From IMG/VR virus record IMGVR_UViG_3300008117_000025, positions 118,847 through 182,846 of that record: a DNA stretch of 64,000 nt; one strand, 5' to 3'. Positions within the stretch are counted from its first letter, which is position 1. Every line of letters begins with the position of its first letter. The DNA is from a virus. The translations under genes and the position numbers were made by a program. The notes beneath the pieces were generated by a model. It did no database searches. It was not told where the DNA came from and worked only from the letters and a program-made list of their open reading frames with translations. This document shows, piece by piece, positions 49,078-58,228 of this stretch.

Positions 49078-50925
49078 TTATTGAACAACAACTCTACCTT
49101 GTATATCTGTGTTAGGATATCTAACTTCAAATATTGCTGGGTCTAGGGAAGGATATATGTTTCCTTGTTTAGTAGCTCCTGCTATGTCATATCCGTATTG
49201 TGAGTAGGTTGTTCCTGTATTATCTTGTTTATTTGTTATTTCTAGCTTAACAATAGATTTTACCCCCCTTATTTGTAAAAGTTCAGATTGAATATCAGAT
49301 AATATAATAGGTTGATTAATTTGCCATTTATCTATATTAAAATAGTTTTGCAAAGATGATATACAAGCAGCTAAAACATCTTTATTTGAAAATCCACTTA
49401 ATGTAGTAATATCAAAGTTAACTCCTATGTTAATATAAAAAGCATCTTTAATGTTAATAGCATCAGTAACCATTCTATATTGATTAAGATAGGTTATTAG
49501 ATTATTTTTTAAAGTATTTGAAGCTTGAGTTAGCTGCTTATTGCTATTATAAGACAATACATACAAATCTAAAGCTAACGGATTATTAGGAGAAGTAAGA
49601 GCTACAGTTTGTTGTATACTTTTATTAAAATCTTGTGATATATAGGCTTTAGCAATATTTCCATAATTAGCAGGTAAAGAAAGAGTTCTTATTATATAGT
49701 CATCTTTAGTTACAGCTCTTAATTGAGTTGAATAAGCATTTAAAGCATTTTGTCTAATTTCATCAACAGTATCTCCATTTCTTCCTCCTATTGAAGGAAA
49801 AGGATTGGTTGAAACTATACTATTTAAAACAGTATCAACAGCTAAAGGGAAGGGAGGTGTAGTATTTTTAAAATATACCCCTGCAGTATTAATTATTGTT
49901 AAATCATTAGCAGGTACATTAGATGTAATTCCTCCACCAACTAAATAACTAATATTAAATGATCCAGAAGGAACTAAACCATATTCCTGAGTAAACATTA
50001 CTGATGCTTCATTGTAATTATTAGTTAGTAATGAAATACCAGGTACTAAACCTAATTGAATATTATCAGGGGTTGGTATAATTTGATCATCAGTTTTATT
50101 TTGAGATAAGCCTGCTCCAAATTCTAGCTGTAATGTATTATCTGAAAGTATTCTAGATACATAGCGTCTAGGAACTTTTTGTAATTGTAATAAATAAGGT
50201 GCCTGATCAGTAGTAGCGTTAGGATTAGCTATTTTTTGATAGATAGAGGATTGAGCTAAATAAGGAACCTCATACCAAATATTACCATCACTTCCAGTAA
50301 TATTTAATATTTGTAATATATTAGTGTCAACTATATTAGTTGTTACAAATTTCTGATTTCCAGAAAAAGAAACAGTAATTGATTTTTTTTCAGCTGAGAT
50401 AACGGGTACTGATTTTTTAATAAGAAAAAAATTACTATCAACAAAAGTAATTTCAGCATCTGTCGTATCAGTAAAATCTACCTGTTGTGTAGTTAGGAAT
50501 TTAGTTCCTGTAGAATTAGAAGTTATAGAAGTATTAGCTGGTATTATTAGGCCATAATTAGTAGTATCTGGTATTATAGTGCCCGGAATTGGGTTAATTA
50601 TAGGAGGAACTAATTGGTATATATCAACATTAGTAGTAGAAGCATAAGATGCCTTAGGACGATACCCCATTACATAAGATAAAGCATATAAATTTTCCTT
50701 TTCCTTAGCATATAAAAGAAAATTTTCTTGTGTTTGAGTATCTAAATAAAATGACATTACATCACCAACATATGAAGCCATTTCAATAAATAAATTTCCA
50801 GGAGTAGCTTCTGAAAAGTCATTATATGTTGTTGGAAAATAGGTTTTAGCATACTGTTGTAAAGCAGTTTTAAAACTAGTAAAGTCTTTATTTAAATAGG
50901 ATATGTTTTTATCTCCGTTAGCCAT
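49078..50925 (-). CDS. Baseplate wedge protein (T4 gp6 / baseplate J-like)
   Basis: Motifs YNDFSEATPGNLFIEMASYVGDV, YRPK, GGRNGDTVDEIR and RAVTKDDY. Confidence 0.85.
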   Translation of the reverse strand: MANGDKNISYLNKDFTSFKTALQQYAKTYFPTTYNDFSEATPGNLFIEMASYVGDVMSFYLDTQTQENFLLYAKEKENLYALSYVMGYRPKASYASTTNVDIYQLVPPIINPIPGTIIPDTTNYGLIIPANTSITSNSTGTKFLTTQQVDFTDTTDAEITFVDSNFFLIKKSVPVISAEKKSITVSFSGNQKFVTTNIVDTNILQILNITGSDGNIWYEVPYLAQSSIYQKIANPNATTDQAPYLLQLQKVPRRYVSRILSDNTLQLEFGAGLSQNKTDDQIIPTPDNIQLGLVPGISLLTNNYNEASVMFTQEYGLVPSGSFNISYLVGGGITSNVPANDLTIINTAGVYFKNTTPPFPLAVDTVLNSIVSTNPFPSIGGRNGDTVDEIRQNALNAYSTQLRAVTKDDYIIRTLSLPANYGNIAKAYISQDFNKSIQQTVALTSPNNPLALDLYVLSYNSNKQLTQASNTLKNNLITYLNQYRMVTDAINIKDAFYINIGVNFDITTLSGFSNKDVLAACISSLQNYFNIDKWQINQPIILSDIQSELLQIRGVKSIVKLEITNKQDNTGTTYSQYGYDIAGATKQGNIYPSLDPAIFEVRYPNTDIQGRVVVQ

Positions 50926-50927
50926 TA

Positions 50928-51332
50928 TTATTGGAATTGTACTGTTATTTGGTCAGGTGTATTAGAAATTTTTAATACATAATTTATAGTTAGTTCTACT
51001 AAATTATAATCAGCATTAGGTGATATAATTAATTCCAAAACTGCTACTTCAGGAACATATATAGCAATACTATTTAATACACTTTCTTTTAAAGATTCTA
51101 TATTACTATCCGTAATTCCTTCAAATAAAAATCTTCTTAAAAGAGTACCAAAATTAGGATTCATTAATCTTTCCCCAGTATCAGTTAATAATAAATTAAC
51201 TAAATTAGATTTAATTTGGTCTTTAGTAGTATAAGTACTAGTGAAGGGTTTATCAAACGGAAGAGATACCCCAATAGCAATATTCTTTTGTAAATCAAGT
51301 GGATTTACTCGTATCGTTTGAGGTATTGGCAT
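50928..51332 (-). CDS. gp25: Baseplate wedge subunit (T4 gp25-like)
   Basis: Motif IKSNLVNLLLTDTGERLMNPNFGTLL. Confidence 0.88.
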   Translation of the reverse strand: MPIPQTIRVNPLDLQKNIAIGVSLPFDKPFTSTYTTKDQIKSNLVNLLLTDTGERLMNPNFGTLLRRFLFEGITDSNIESLKESVLNSIAIYVPEVAVLELIISPNADYNLVELTINYVLKISNTPDQITVQFQ

Positions 51333-51333
51333 A

Positions 51334-51657
51334 TTATCCTAAATTTCTTAATCCAGATAAATCCTGGGCAGTCATATTAGCTCCAGCATCAGCAATAAAA
51401 GCAGCAAAGGGATTATCAGAAGCAGTATCAACTTTTAGATGTGATTGTGGTTGTTCATATCCAAACATAGATCCCATTTTACTGCGTAAAGCTGCTTTAG
51501 CTTCGCCATTAGCAGGTACATCACTACTAGTAAAACTAAATGTTTTATTTTCGTTTAATTCTTGTTTTTTCTGTTCTAATAAAAGAACACCAATTTCTTC
51601 ACGAACGGCTTCGCGAACTGCTTCTTTAATCAAATTTTTAAATACTTTAGCATTCAT
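51334..51657 (-). CDS. Tagged hypothetical protein; start revised to 51657 (MNAKVFKNLIKEAVRE)
   Basis: The ATATTTATA motif lies immediately upstream. Confidence 0.65.
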   Translation of the reverse strand: MNAKVFKNLIKEAVREAVREEIGVLLLEQKKQELNENKTFSFTSSDVPANGEAKAALRSKMGSMFGYEQPQSHLKVDTASDNPFAAFIADAGANMTAQDLSGLRNLG

Positions 51658-51670
51658 AATTATAAATATT

Positions 51671-52894
51671 TTATCCTTGTAAATTTTGTTGATCAATAAT
51701 TAATTTTAATTGTTCAATTAAGTCATTTGGATCTTGTGTAAATGAAAAGTCACTTTTAATTGCTTCTACACCATTACGATTAATTGCTACGGCATAGCGA
51801 CGTTTGTTACCTTTAACAACAAATCGTTGATCTTGTTCTTCTTTAATAGCAAATTTAAATCCTTTATATGAACCATAATTACCCCCTGTAGGTAGAAATT
51901 CATTAGACAAAGCATTTAAATCACCAAAATTTAATGTTTTTCCATCTAATTTTAAACTAGCCTCTTTTAATCGATCTCTTAATTCGTTTAATTTTAATAT
52001 TTCGTTTGATAATAATAAAGTAACTACAGCTAATAAAGCACTTAAACCTGAAATTAGTTTATTTGCTTTTTCTAGTGTAATTACTACTTTAGGTGGAACT
52101 GGGGTTGGGATTAAAGATAAGGCCCTGAGAACTAAAGAAAATATGGTAATGACTGCTGTTATAGTTTTTAGTGTTTTTTCTAATGATTGTAACTTTTTAA
52201 TATTATTATTAATTAAAGTAATAGCATTATTTCTTAAATTAGTAGCTATAGTAACTGTAGATTGGTCTTTAACTTGTGTATCTATATAGTTATTTACTTG
52301 ATCAACTAAATCTTCTAGTTTTTTTCTTTGTGATATAACAACTGAGAAGTTATTGGATAGTTGTAGAGCAATAATAGGTACTAGTGTTTTTACTGTGTTT
52401 GATGCTATTTGTTTTGTTAAATCTTTTTTAGATTTATTTTCTTCATTTTGAGTATCTTTTTTTGTTTTTTTAACCTCAGCACTTGATTTTTTCTGGTTGT
52501 TTTCTAATACAGTGTAAGGGTTATTTTCTATAATTTCTTTATCTTGTTCTAGTTTTTTTCTTTGTACTTCAATAGCATCCATTTCAACCAAATAAGATAC
52601 TTCAGCTTGTTCATATATTTTATTATATTGGTCTTGAGTAATTTGGTTTGTATTAAGGTTATACTGGGCTATTTGTATAGTATTGTTTTTATTTAATCCT
52701 GCTTGTTTTTCTTTCTGAGTTAATATATCTGATTCATTGCTTAATTCAGCTGTTTTAGTTTGGTCTCCTATAATTGTAGTTTCTTTATTTTTATCTTTTG
52801 TTTGAGCTCCAAAAGTTTTAATAGCAGTAGATGTAGATATTACTTTTAGAATATCAGGAGATACTACGGGTGATATATTAGTAGTATTAGACAT
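51671..52894 (-). CDS. Coiled-coil protein with hydrophobic helices, tail/baseplate region
   Basis: 407-aa ORF with two hydrophobic segments. Confidence 0.55.
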   Translation of the reverse strand: MSNTTNISPVVSPDILKVISTSTAIKTFGAQTKDKNKETTIIGDQTKTAELSNESDILTQKEKQAGLNKNNTIQIAQYNLNTNQITQDQYNKIYEQAEVSYLVEMDAIEVQRKKLEQDKEIIENNPYTVLENNQKKSSAEVKKTKKDTQNEENKSKKDLTKQIASNTVKTLVPIIALQLSNNFSVVISQRKKLEDLVDQVNNYIDTQVKDQSTVTIATNLRNNAITLINNNIKKLQSLEKTLKTITAVITIFSLVLRALSLIPTPVPPKVVITLEKANKLISGLSALLAVVTLLLSNEILKLNELRDRLKEASLKLDGKTLNFGDLNALSNEFLPTGGNYGSYKGFKFAIKEEQDQRFVVKGNKRRYAVAINRNGVEAIKSDFSFTQDPNDLIEQLKLIIDQQNLQG

Positions 52895-54066
52895 TATGAC
52901 GTAAATACTTTTTTAGAGGTAATTTTACTTAATAAATCACTTGTTTTTTTCATATCGTTAAATAATTCTTTTCCTGCAGAGTTTAAAGTAACTATAGGAG
53001 CCCCTTCAGATGTACTTACTGCCTGAGATAAATAGGAGGCTAATCTAGTTAATGTTTTTTGTAAATGAATAAAAAGATTTAATGTTTCATTTCCTAGCAA
53101 TACAGGCTGGAGTATATTATTTTTATCATATGGGCCTAAAAATACAGAATTAGAATTTAAATGTACTCTAGTATCAGCATTTAAATTAATAATATTTTTA
53201 GTATTTAATTCAATATTTGTTTTCGCAAATAACATTACCTCGTCACGCTTAGAATTTATTACAACTCTATCACTATTAATAATAGTTTGAGCATTAAAAT
53301 AATCAGGTACATTTAATGGATTAGTTAAATTATTTAATACACCTGTTTTATCTGTTTGTAAAGGTATTTTTTGAGCTGAGGTGAGATAAATAGAAGATAA
53401 ATCTTGGTTTATTTTTTCAACATGATATTTTTCATTTGGATCATATGCAAATCCATTACTTAATATAGTAATAGGATCTGTATCGTTACCTATAGAACTC
53501 CATTCATTTAAATTGCTATATAATTTAGTAGTGGAACCAAATCTTAAACCTGCGCCTTGTCTGCCTTGTAATAAATGATCTCCTTCAAATGAAAGTAAAG
53601 TTTTAATATTAGGATTTTCTACAAATGTAACTCCTAAAATAGCATTGTCATTTGCTGGTTGGGAATTTTGTTGTTGGTTATTCCATAGATTAATTATACT
53701 ATTGTAATATTTTTGAGAGGCTGTATTTGATAATTGAGATGAGGGGGATGGGAGTTCTTCTAATGATACTAGTTCTCCTAAAATAGGATAATATTGGTAT
53801 TGGGGATTTAAAGGTTTAGCTGTTTTACAAGTATCTAGAAAATTTTCATCTATACTACCTGTAGTATTTTTTGCCTGTTCATAATCAAGATAAAATATAG
53901 TTCCCACTCCACTATAACCACCCGCTTTTTTAAACATAGCCGGTGTAGGAGTATCTTCAGTAGTAACTACACCATATACTCTTCCTACCTGAGTTTTTTT
54001 AGGAGAGGAAAAACTATTTTTACCTATAGAGGAAACAACCGATGATAGATTTTCTTTTACTCTCAT
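52894..54066 (-). CDS. Baseplate hub/spike-like protein (gp5/VgrG-like N-terminus)
   Basis: Motifs YYPILGELV, EGDHLLQGRQG.GLRFGST and INSDRVVINSK...INLNAD repeats. Confidence 0.6.
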   Translation of the reverse strand: MRVKENLSSVVSSIGKNSFSSPKKTQVGRVYGVVTTEDTPTPAMFKKAGGYSGVGTIFYLDYEQAKNTTGSIDENFLDTCKTAKPLNPQYQYYPILGELVSLEELPSPSSQLSNTASQKYYNSIINLWNNQQQNSQPANDNAILGVTFVENPNIKTLLSFEGDHLLQGRQGAGLRFGSTTKLYSNLNEWSSIGNDTDPITILSNGFAYDPNEKYHVEKINQDLSSIYLTSAQKIPLQTDKTGVLNNLTNPLNVPDYFNAQTIINSDRVVINSKRDEVMLFAKTNIELNTKNIINLNADTRVHLNSNSVFLGPYDKNNILQPVLLGNETLNLFIHLQKTLTRLASYLSQAVSTSEGAPIVTLNSAGKELFNDMKKTSDLLSKITSKKVFTS

Positions 54067-54449
54067 TTAGATTCAAGTTGTATTACAGGAGCTTGTTCTA
54101 GTAATTTTTTACCTTGTTCTTGTACTGCTTTTTGTTCTTCAAGCAATGCATTAATTTCATCCATATCAATTAATTCTTGACCAGCATTAGCGTTAACGGT
54201 TGCAGCACGTTGTGCTATACCTGCCATTTTAATTAGTTGTTCGTTATTTTTAACGTTAACATCAATTAAATCCTTGACAGTAGGCATTAACATTACTGCG
54301 GAACCTGCATTAGATGTGGCAATAGGTTTAAGAGTATCGATTAATTCGTTGATTTGTTTATCAACATCTTTATTATTCCTATGGATCTGCTTGAACAGGT
54401 CTGCTAAAGATGTGTTGCCAAATATTGTAACATCATCAAAATTAGACAT
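54063..54449 (-). CDS. Helical hypothetical protein
   Basis: ORF track. Confidence 0.65.
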   Translation of the reverse strand: MSNFDDVTIFGNTSLADLFKQIHRNNKDVDKQINELIDTLKPIATSNAGSAVMLMPTVKDLIDVNVKNNEQLIKMAGIAQRAATVNANAGQELIDMDEINALLEEQKAVQEQGKKLLEQAPVIQLESK

Positions 54450-54460
54450 AAATTGTATTA

Positions 54461-55291
54461 TTATAATTTATTAAACATTTGTTGTAATTTAGCAGGTGCT
54501 ACTTTTGCATCTCTTGATTTTTGATCTACATTTATAAGTACGGTTTTATTTGGATCTATATTCTTTGCTTTAATATAATAATTGCCATCTCCTGTAATAC
54601 CTAATTTTTTAATAAAATCATCAATATACTTTTGATCAGTTGTATGTTGAGATAATAATTCTTCCAATCCACTTTTTGTTAAAATAGTGTTTGGATCTCC
54701 AACATTTTCGGAAGGTTTAGAGGTAGTAGCTTCATACTTTTCAAGATACTGCTTTAAAACCATTGTTAGATCCCTTGGATCTCTTTCTTTTCTTCCTTTA
54801 ATATTTGAAAATAATATAGTAAGCGGAGCATGTAAAAGTACATGTTTTACGTTAGGAACATATTTTAAAATATCATCATTTACACTATCAAAAACAACTT
54901 TTTTCCAAGGTCCTTTTTTATACTCCTGAGCCATATACCATGCTCTTGCATCCTTTGTATCTTCAATATACGTGTCTTCATATGGATTTTCAGGAACATT
55001 TTCACCTGCTTTACGATATAAACCTGAGACTATTCCCGGTTCTTCATTTTCTATTGACCATTTTCTAATATTGGGGTGATCATGTTTTAATCTTCTTTTT
55101 TCTTCTTCTTTTCCTTTACCAAACATATCACTATCTATTTGAACCCATTGGTTAGGGTTAGTTGCTTTATAAAAAGGAACAGCTTTTAATATTTGAGCAG
55201 CCATTGATTTACCTGCTGATGATGTTCCATCAATTAATATAGCAATTTTATTTTCTGCTATTTCTTTTAATATATCAATCAACTTAAGCAT
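54461..55291 (-). CDS. Tagged P-loop small-molecule kinase (chloramphenicol-phosphotransferase-like); start revised to 55291
   Basis: MLKLIDILKEIAE start; ILIDGTSSAGKS; WVQIDSD; lid-like KGRKERD. Confidence 0.6.
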   Translation of the reverse strand: MLKLIDILKEIAENKIAILIDGTSSAGKSMAAQILKAVPFYKATNPNQWVQIDSDMFGKGKEEEKRRLKHDHPNIRKWSIENEEPGIVSGLYRKAGENVPENPYEDTYIEDTKDARAWYMAQEYKKGPWKKVVFDSVNDDILKYVPNVKHVLLHAPLTILFSNIKGRKERDPRDLTMVLKQYLEKYEATTSKPSENVGDPNTILTKSGLEELLSQHTTDQKYIDDFIKKLGITGDGNYYIKAKNIDPNKTVLINVDQKSRDAKVAPAKLQQMFNKL

Positions 55292-55309
55292 ATCAATAAA
55301 TATAAACAA

Positions 55310-56083
55310 TTAAATTTTTATATATCCATGATTGTAATATTCATTATACAATTGAACATATAATAATTTGAGTTTTTTAATTATCTTAGTAATTTGAGGA
55401 GTTGACACATCAGTAATCTCACGAATATAAATGTATAGTGCCTTTTTATTAAATATTTCTAATGTTTCACGTTTGCGAAATAATTCTACAATTGCGTCGG
55501 CCGTTTGAGCATCTTGCTTTTTAGGAAATAATTTGTATATATGAGTATCAACATACTTAATATATTGATCCATAAAATTATTTTCATTGAATAGATTTTC
55601 TATACTTTTATCATTTTCGTATAGTTGCATTTGATCGTCATCCGATTCATCTACATCAGCTCGTTCCTGGAGTTTCTTGTAGTTGTTTTCGTTATAAACG
55701 ATTAAATAACGTTTTGCAATAGTGCCAAAGTAAGAAAATGCTTTACCTTTTTCTGGTTTATATAGGTGAAGTTTTTCAAGAAGAAAAGTAATAACCTCGT
55801 GTTTGAGCTCTTCAATTGTATCAGTATCGGTATAGTAAAACTTAAACGTATGAATAATATTTTCGGCTAATTTGTAAAAACCATATTCAATACGATCATT
55901 ATAAATACGATTACGTTCAGCTGTATCTACTGTTACAAGATATTCAACAATAGCATCCTCAGTATCCTGAGTGAAATAAATGCGGGGTTCTTTTGGTTTG
56001 CGTTTGCGTGGCTTACCTCGTTTAGTTAATGCTAACGTATCATCAGCAAATATATCGGAGCCGTAGTTATCAAAATATGACAT
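55310..56083 (-). CDS. Phage sigma factor (T4 gp55-like late sigma)
   Basis: YFTQDTEDAI...FLLEKLHLYKPEKGKAFSYFGTIAKRY resembles region 2. Preceded by TTTG-N20-TATATTGA (56108-56139). Confidence 0.7.
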   Translation of the reverse strand: MSYFDNYGSDIFADDTLALTKRGKPRKRKPKEPRIYFTQDTEDAIVEYLVTVDTAERNRIYNDRIEYGFYKLAENIIHTFKFYYTDTDTIEELKHEVITFLLEKLHLYKPEKGKAFSYFGTIAKRYLIVYNENNYKKLQERADVDESDDDQMQLYENDKSIENLFNENNFMDQYIKYVDTHIYKLFPKKQDAQTADAIVELFRKRETLEIFNKKALYIYIREITDVSTPQITKIIKKLKLLYVQLYNEYYNHGYIKI

Positions 56084-56140
56084 AGTATGATTTCCTAATT
56101 TTTAATCTCAATATAATGAGAAAAAATTACATAACCAAAC

Positions 56141-56410
56141 TTATTTCTTATTATTGAATTGGTTAAGTACTTCTTGAATTTCTCTTAAATTGGTAAAGAA
56201 AGTACCTACTTCATCGTCTGTTTGAAATGCACCTAATGTATCTAATTCTTTTAATTTAGCATTAGAATTAGCAATTATAATACTAATAGCATCAATGTAT
56301 TGTTGTTGTTCATTAACTGCTTTTTCAAGTATATTATTACGTCTAATTAGAAAGAATATACCTATTCCAATTATTTCAATTAAATGAATTATTATTAACC
56401 AAGTCAACAT
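56141..56410 (-). CDS. Single-TM coiled-coil protein
   Basis: Hydrophobic N-terminus; motif GAFQTDDEVG. Confidence 0.65.
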   Translation of the reverse strand: MLTWLIIIHLIEIIGIGIFFLIRRNNILEKAVNEQQQYIDAISIIIANSNAKLKELDTLGAFQTDDEVGTFFTNLREIQEVLNQFNNKK

Positions 56411-56412
56411 GA

Positions 56413-56613
56413 TTATCTATTTGCAAATTGTTGAGCAAATTCATCTGCTTCCAAAGAAATAATTTCACGGGTTTTTTCAACATGCTCTTTTAACAAATCA
56501 ATAGATTCTAAAATTTGATCTTGATCCATGTTGCGATTAACTTGAAATTGTACTTTATTAGCAAGTGCTTCTAGTTGAGTCAATTTGTCTAAAACGTTGT
56601 TTTTATAACGCAT
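56413..56613 (-). CDS. Small helical hypothetical protein
   Basis: ORF track; ATATTTATA motif upstream. Confidence 0.65.
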   Translation of the reverse strand: MRYKNNVLDKLTQLEALANKVQFQVNRNMDQDQILESIDLLKEHVEKTREIISLEADEFAQQFANR

Positions 56614-56705
56614 AATATATGTTTATATATAAATATATGATAATTTCCGTTCCCCACCACCCCTGTTACCTTACTCGTTTCCTTATTTTCAAACCTCTCG
56701 TAGGT

Positions 56706-56737
56706 TAAATATACCAAAGAAATTTTATACTTCCAAA
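56706..56737 (-). promoter_or_regulatory. Bacteroidota-type promoter
   Basis: TTTG-N20-TATATTTA. Confidence 0.6.
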
Positions 56738-56741
56738 GAAG

Positions 56742-56767
56742 AAGGGCATCTTTTTCAAGACGCCCTT
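56742..56767 (-). terminator. Terminator hairpin with GAAA loop
   Basis: AAGGGCGTCTT-GAAA-AAGATGCCCTT followed by CTTCTTT. Confidence 0.7.
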
Positions 56768-56788
56768 ATAATAAAATTAAATATAAAA

Positions 56789-57289
56789 TTACATACCTCC
56801 ACCCATTTTTCTTTCAATGGCATCTGTTCCTCTTTTAAATACTGCTTGTTTTTCTTCTGGTGTTTTAGCTTTTCTTAAATCATTAATTAAAGCAGCAACT
56901 AAAGTACCGCCTACACCAAGTAAAGTAGCTAAACCAGCAACAAGTACATCTGCTATTTCATTTAATTGATTTTCATCTAATTGTTTTTTCTTATCTTCAT
57001 CCTTCATTTTTTTCTTTTCTGCTAATACGGCATGTAATTCTTGGCGAACCATTTCAGCTAATTCTTTTTTGGTAAGTTTTTTCTTTTCCATTTCTGATAG
57101 TGTGTTTATTTTTGGGGATTGTTTTAAAATTGCTTTTGCTATTTCTAATTGTTTTGGATCGTCAATATTGACTTCAAAATAACCTTCAAGTTTATTATTT
57201 TGAATTTGTTCGCTACCTATCGCTTCGCTTTGTTTTTCCATGCGATTGAGAAAAGCAGCTTTATCCTCAAGTTTTATCTTAAATGTCAT
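56789..57289 (-). CDS. Hypothetical protein with internal tag and hydrophobic helix
   Basis: Segments TKKELAEMVRQELHAVLAE and VLVAGLATLLGVGGTLVAALI. Confidence 0.65.
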   Translation of the reverse strand: MTFKIKLEDKAAFLNRMEKQSEAIGSEQIQNNKLEGYFEVNIDDPKQLEIAKAILKQSPKINTLSEMEKKKLTKKELAEMVRQELHAVLAEKKKMKDEDKKKQLDENQLNEIADVLVAGLATLLGVGGTLVAALINDLRKAKTPEEKQAVFKRGTDAIERKMGGGM

Positions 57290-57346
57290 TTACAATAAAT
57301 ATAATAAAAATATAACCCCCACATAGCATTGCTGCCACTTACCTAA

Positions 57347-57511
57347 CTACTTCAATCCGTATATACGATTTATCATTAGATCGTGCCATACATAATGTAC
57401 AACAGCAAATGAAATAAATTGAAACCCTGTCATTCCCTTAGTATTAATTAAGTGTAAATGTAAGGTAGCAATAGCAATATGACCTATAAGTGCAATAATA
57501 TGTTTTTTCAT
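57347..57511 (-). CDS. 54-aa His-rich hydrophobic peptide
   Basis: Hand-translated MKKHIIALIGHIAIATLHLHLINTKGMTGFQFISFAVVHYVWHDLMINRIYGLK; has its own promoter. Confidence 0.6.
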   Translation of the reverse strand: MKKHIIALIGHIAIATLHLHLINTKGMTGFQFISFAVVHYVWHDLMINRIYGLK

Positions 57512-57515
57512 AAAT

Positions 57516-57565
57516 TAAATATATTTTAAATTATTTTGACAGTCAAAATTTTCAATTTATATTTT
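57516..57565. promoter_or_regulatory. Overlapping divergent promoters sharing a 15-bp palindrome
   Basis: Palindrome TTTTGAC-A-GTCAAAA (57534-57548). Plus strand TTTG-N19-TATATTTT; minus strand TTTG-N20-TATATTTA. Confidence 0.65.
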
Positions 57566-57570
57566 ATATT

Positions 57571-58107
57571 ATGAGTAAAGAAGATTTCACCCGCGTTAAT
57601 GCGGACGATATACAATATTATATTCGTTTAAAGCCTGGTGAGTATGGAATGGCAACTCACTATGCTCTTATTCCTACTACTGATCCTGGCTTTAAAGAGG
57701 GATGGGAAGATGTAATTTATTTAAAAGAACCGGTAATAGATTCATCGGGTGGAATAAGACCGATGGAATATGTGTATGTGTTAGTGAATAGATCGATGCC
57801 TGGAATGGTAAAGATTGGTATGACGACAAGTACTCCAGCGAAACGAGCAAGTGATATTAATAAAGCAACTGGAGTTCCAACGCCGTGGATACCGGTTTGG
57901 TCGCTGAAGTGCTATGCTTCGCTTATATTGGAGCAACGAGTACATGAATATCTGAGTCAATATAGAGTAGCCGATAATAGAGAAATGTTTGCTATTGATT
58001 CTGTTACGGCGCAACGTGTAATTGAGGAGTTGGGTAAGGATTTTACAAACTGCCTGTTGGTTGAGAAGATTGAGCAAGTTCACTTACAACAATCCCCTTC
58101 TCAATAG
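57571..58107 (+). CDS. T5orf172-type GIY-YIG domain protein
   Basis: Motifs YVYVLVNRSMPGMVKIGMTT, ATGVPTPW, LEQRVHEYL and NREMF. The only clearly genuine plus-strand gene. Confidence 0.85.
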   Translation: MSKEDFTRVNADDIQYYIRLKPGEYGMATHYALIPTTDPGFKEGWEDVIYLKEPVIDSSGGIRPMEYVYVLVNRSMPGMVKIGMTTSTPAKRASDINKATGVPTPWIPVWSLKCYASLILEQRVHEYLSQYRVADNREMFAIDSVTAQRVIEELGKDFTNCLLVEKIEQVHLQQSPSQ

Positions 58108-58228
58108 CGTTCATATACTGTTCCAACGTGAGGCCATAGCGCGCTGCTTGTTCTGCACGTTGTCTTAATATATAATCTGCAAGCGCTTCTTTAGTTAATA
58201 AAATATTATCTTGTATATATTTTTTCAT
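58043..58228 (-). CDS. Small hypothetical protein
   Basis: ORF track; convergent overlap with the plus-strand gene. Confidence 0.55.
   Translation of the reverse strand: MKKYIQDNILLTKEALADYILRQRAEQAARYGLTLEQYMNAIEKGIVVSELAQSSQPTGSL

Larger units (their letters stand above)
2584..57302 (-). promoter_or_regulatory. Dispersed ATATTTAT(A) motif, at least 17 copies upstream of structural/cargo genes (putative late promoter)
   Basis: Plus-strand ATAAATAT at about 2585, 3150, 6111, 11532, 13454, 15050, 16760, 22392, 28219, 33903, 42487, 48430, 49071, 51662, 55296, 56629 and 57295. Confidence 0.75.

Noticed and set aside
776-54929. Numerous plus-strand and nested alternative-frame ORFs in the track (e.g. 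776-1087, 2840-3127, 11557-11958, 28236-28706, 38578-38958, 51299-51682)
   Set aside because: All lie fully over recognisable minus-strand genes, lack motifs and leaders, and are expected by chance.
56614-56705. Purine-rich transcript downstream of the 56706 promoter as an ncRNA or tRNA
   Set aside because: No cloverleaf, T-loop or convincing stems; more simply a leader for downstream genes.
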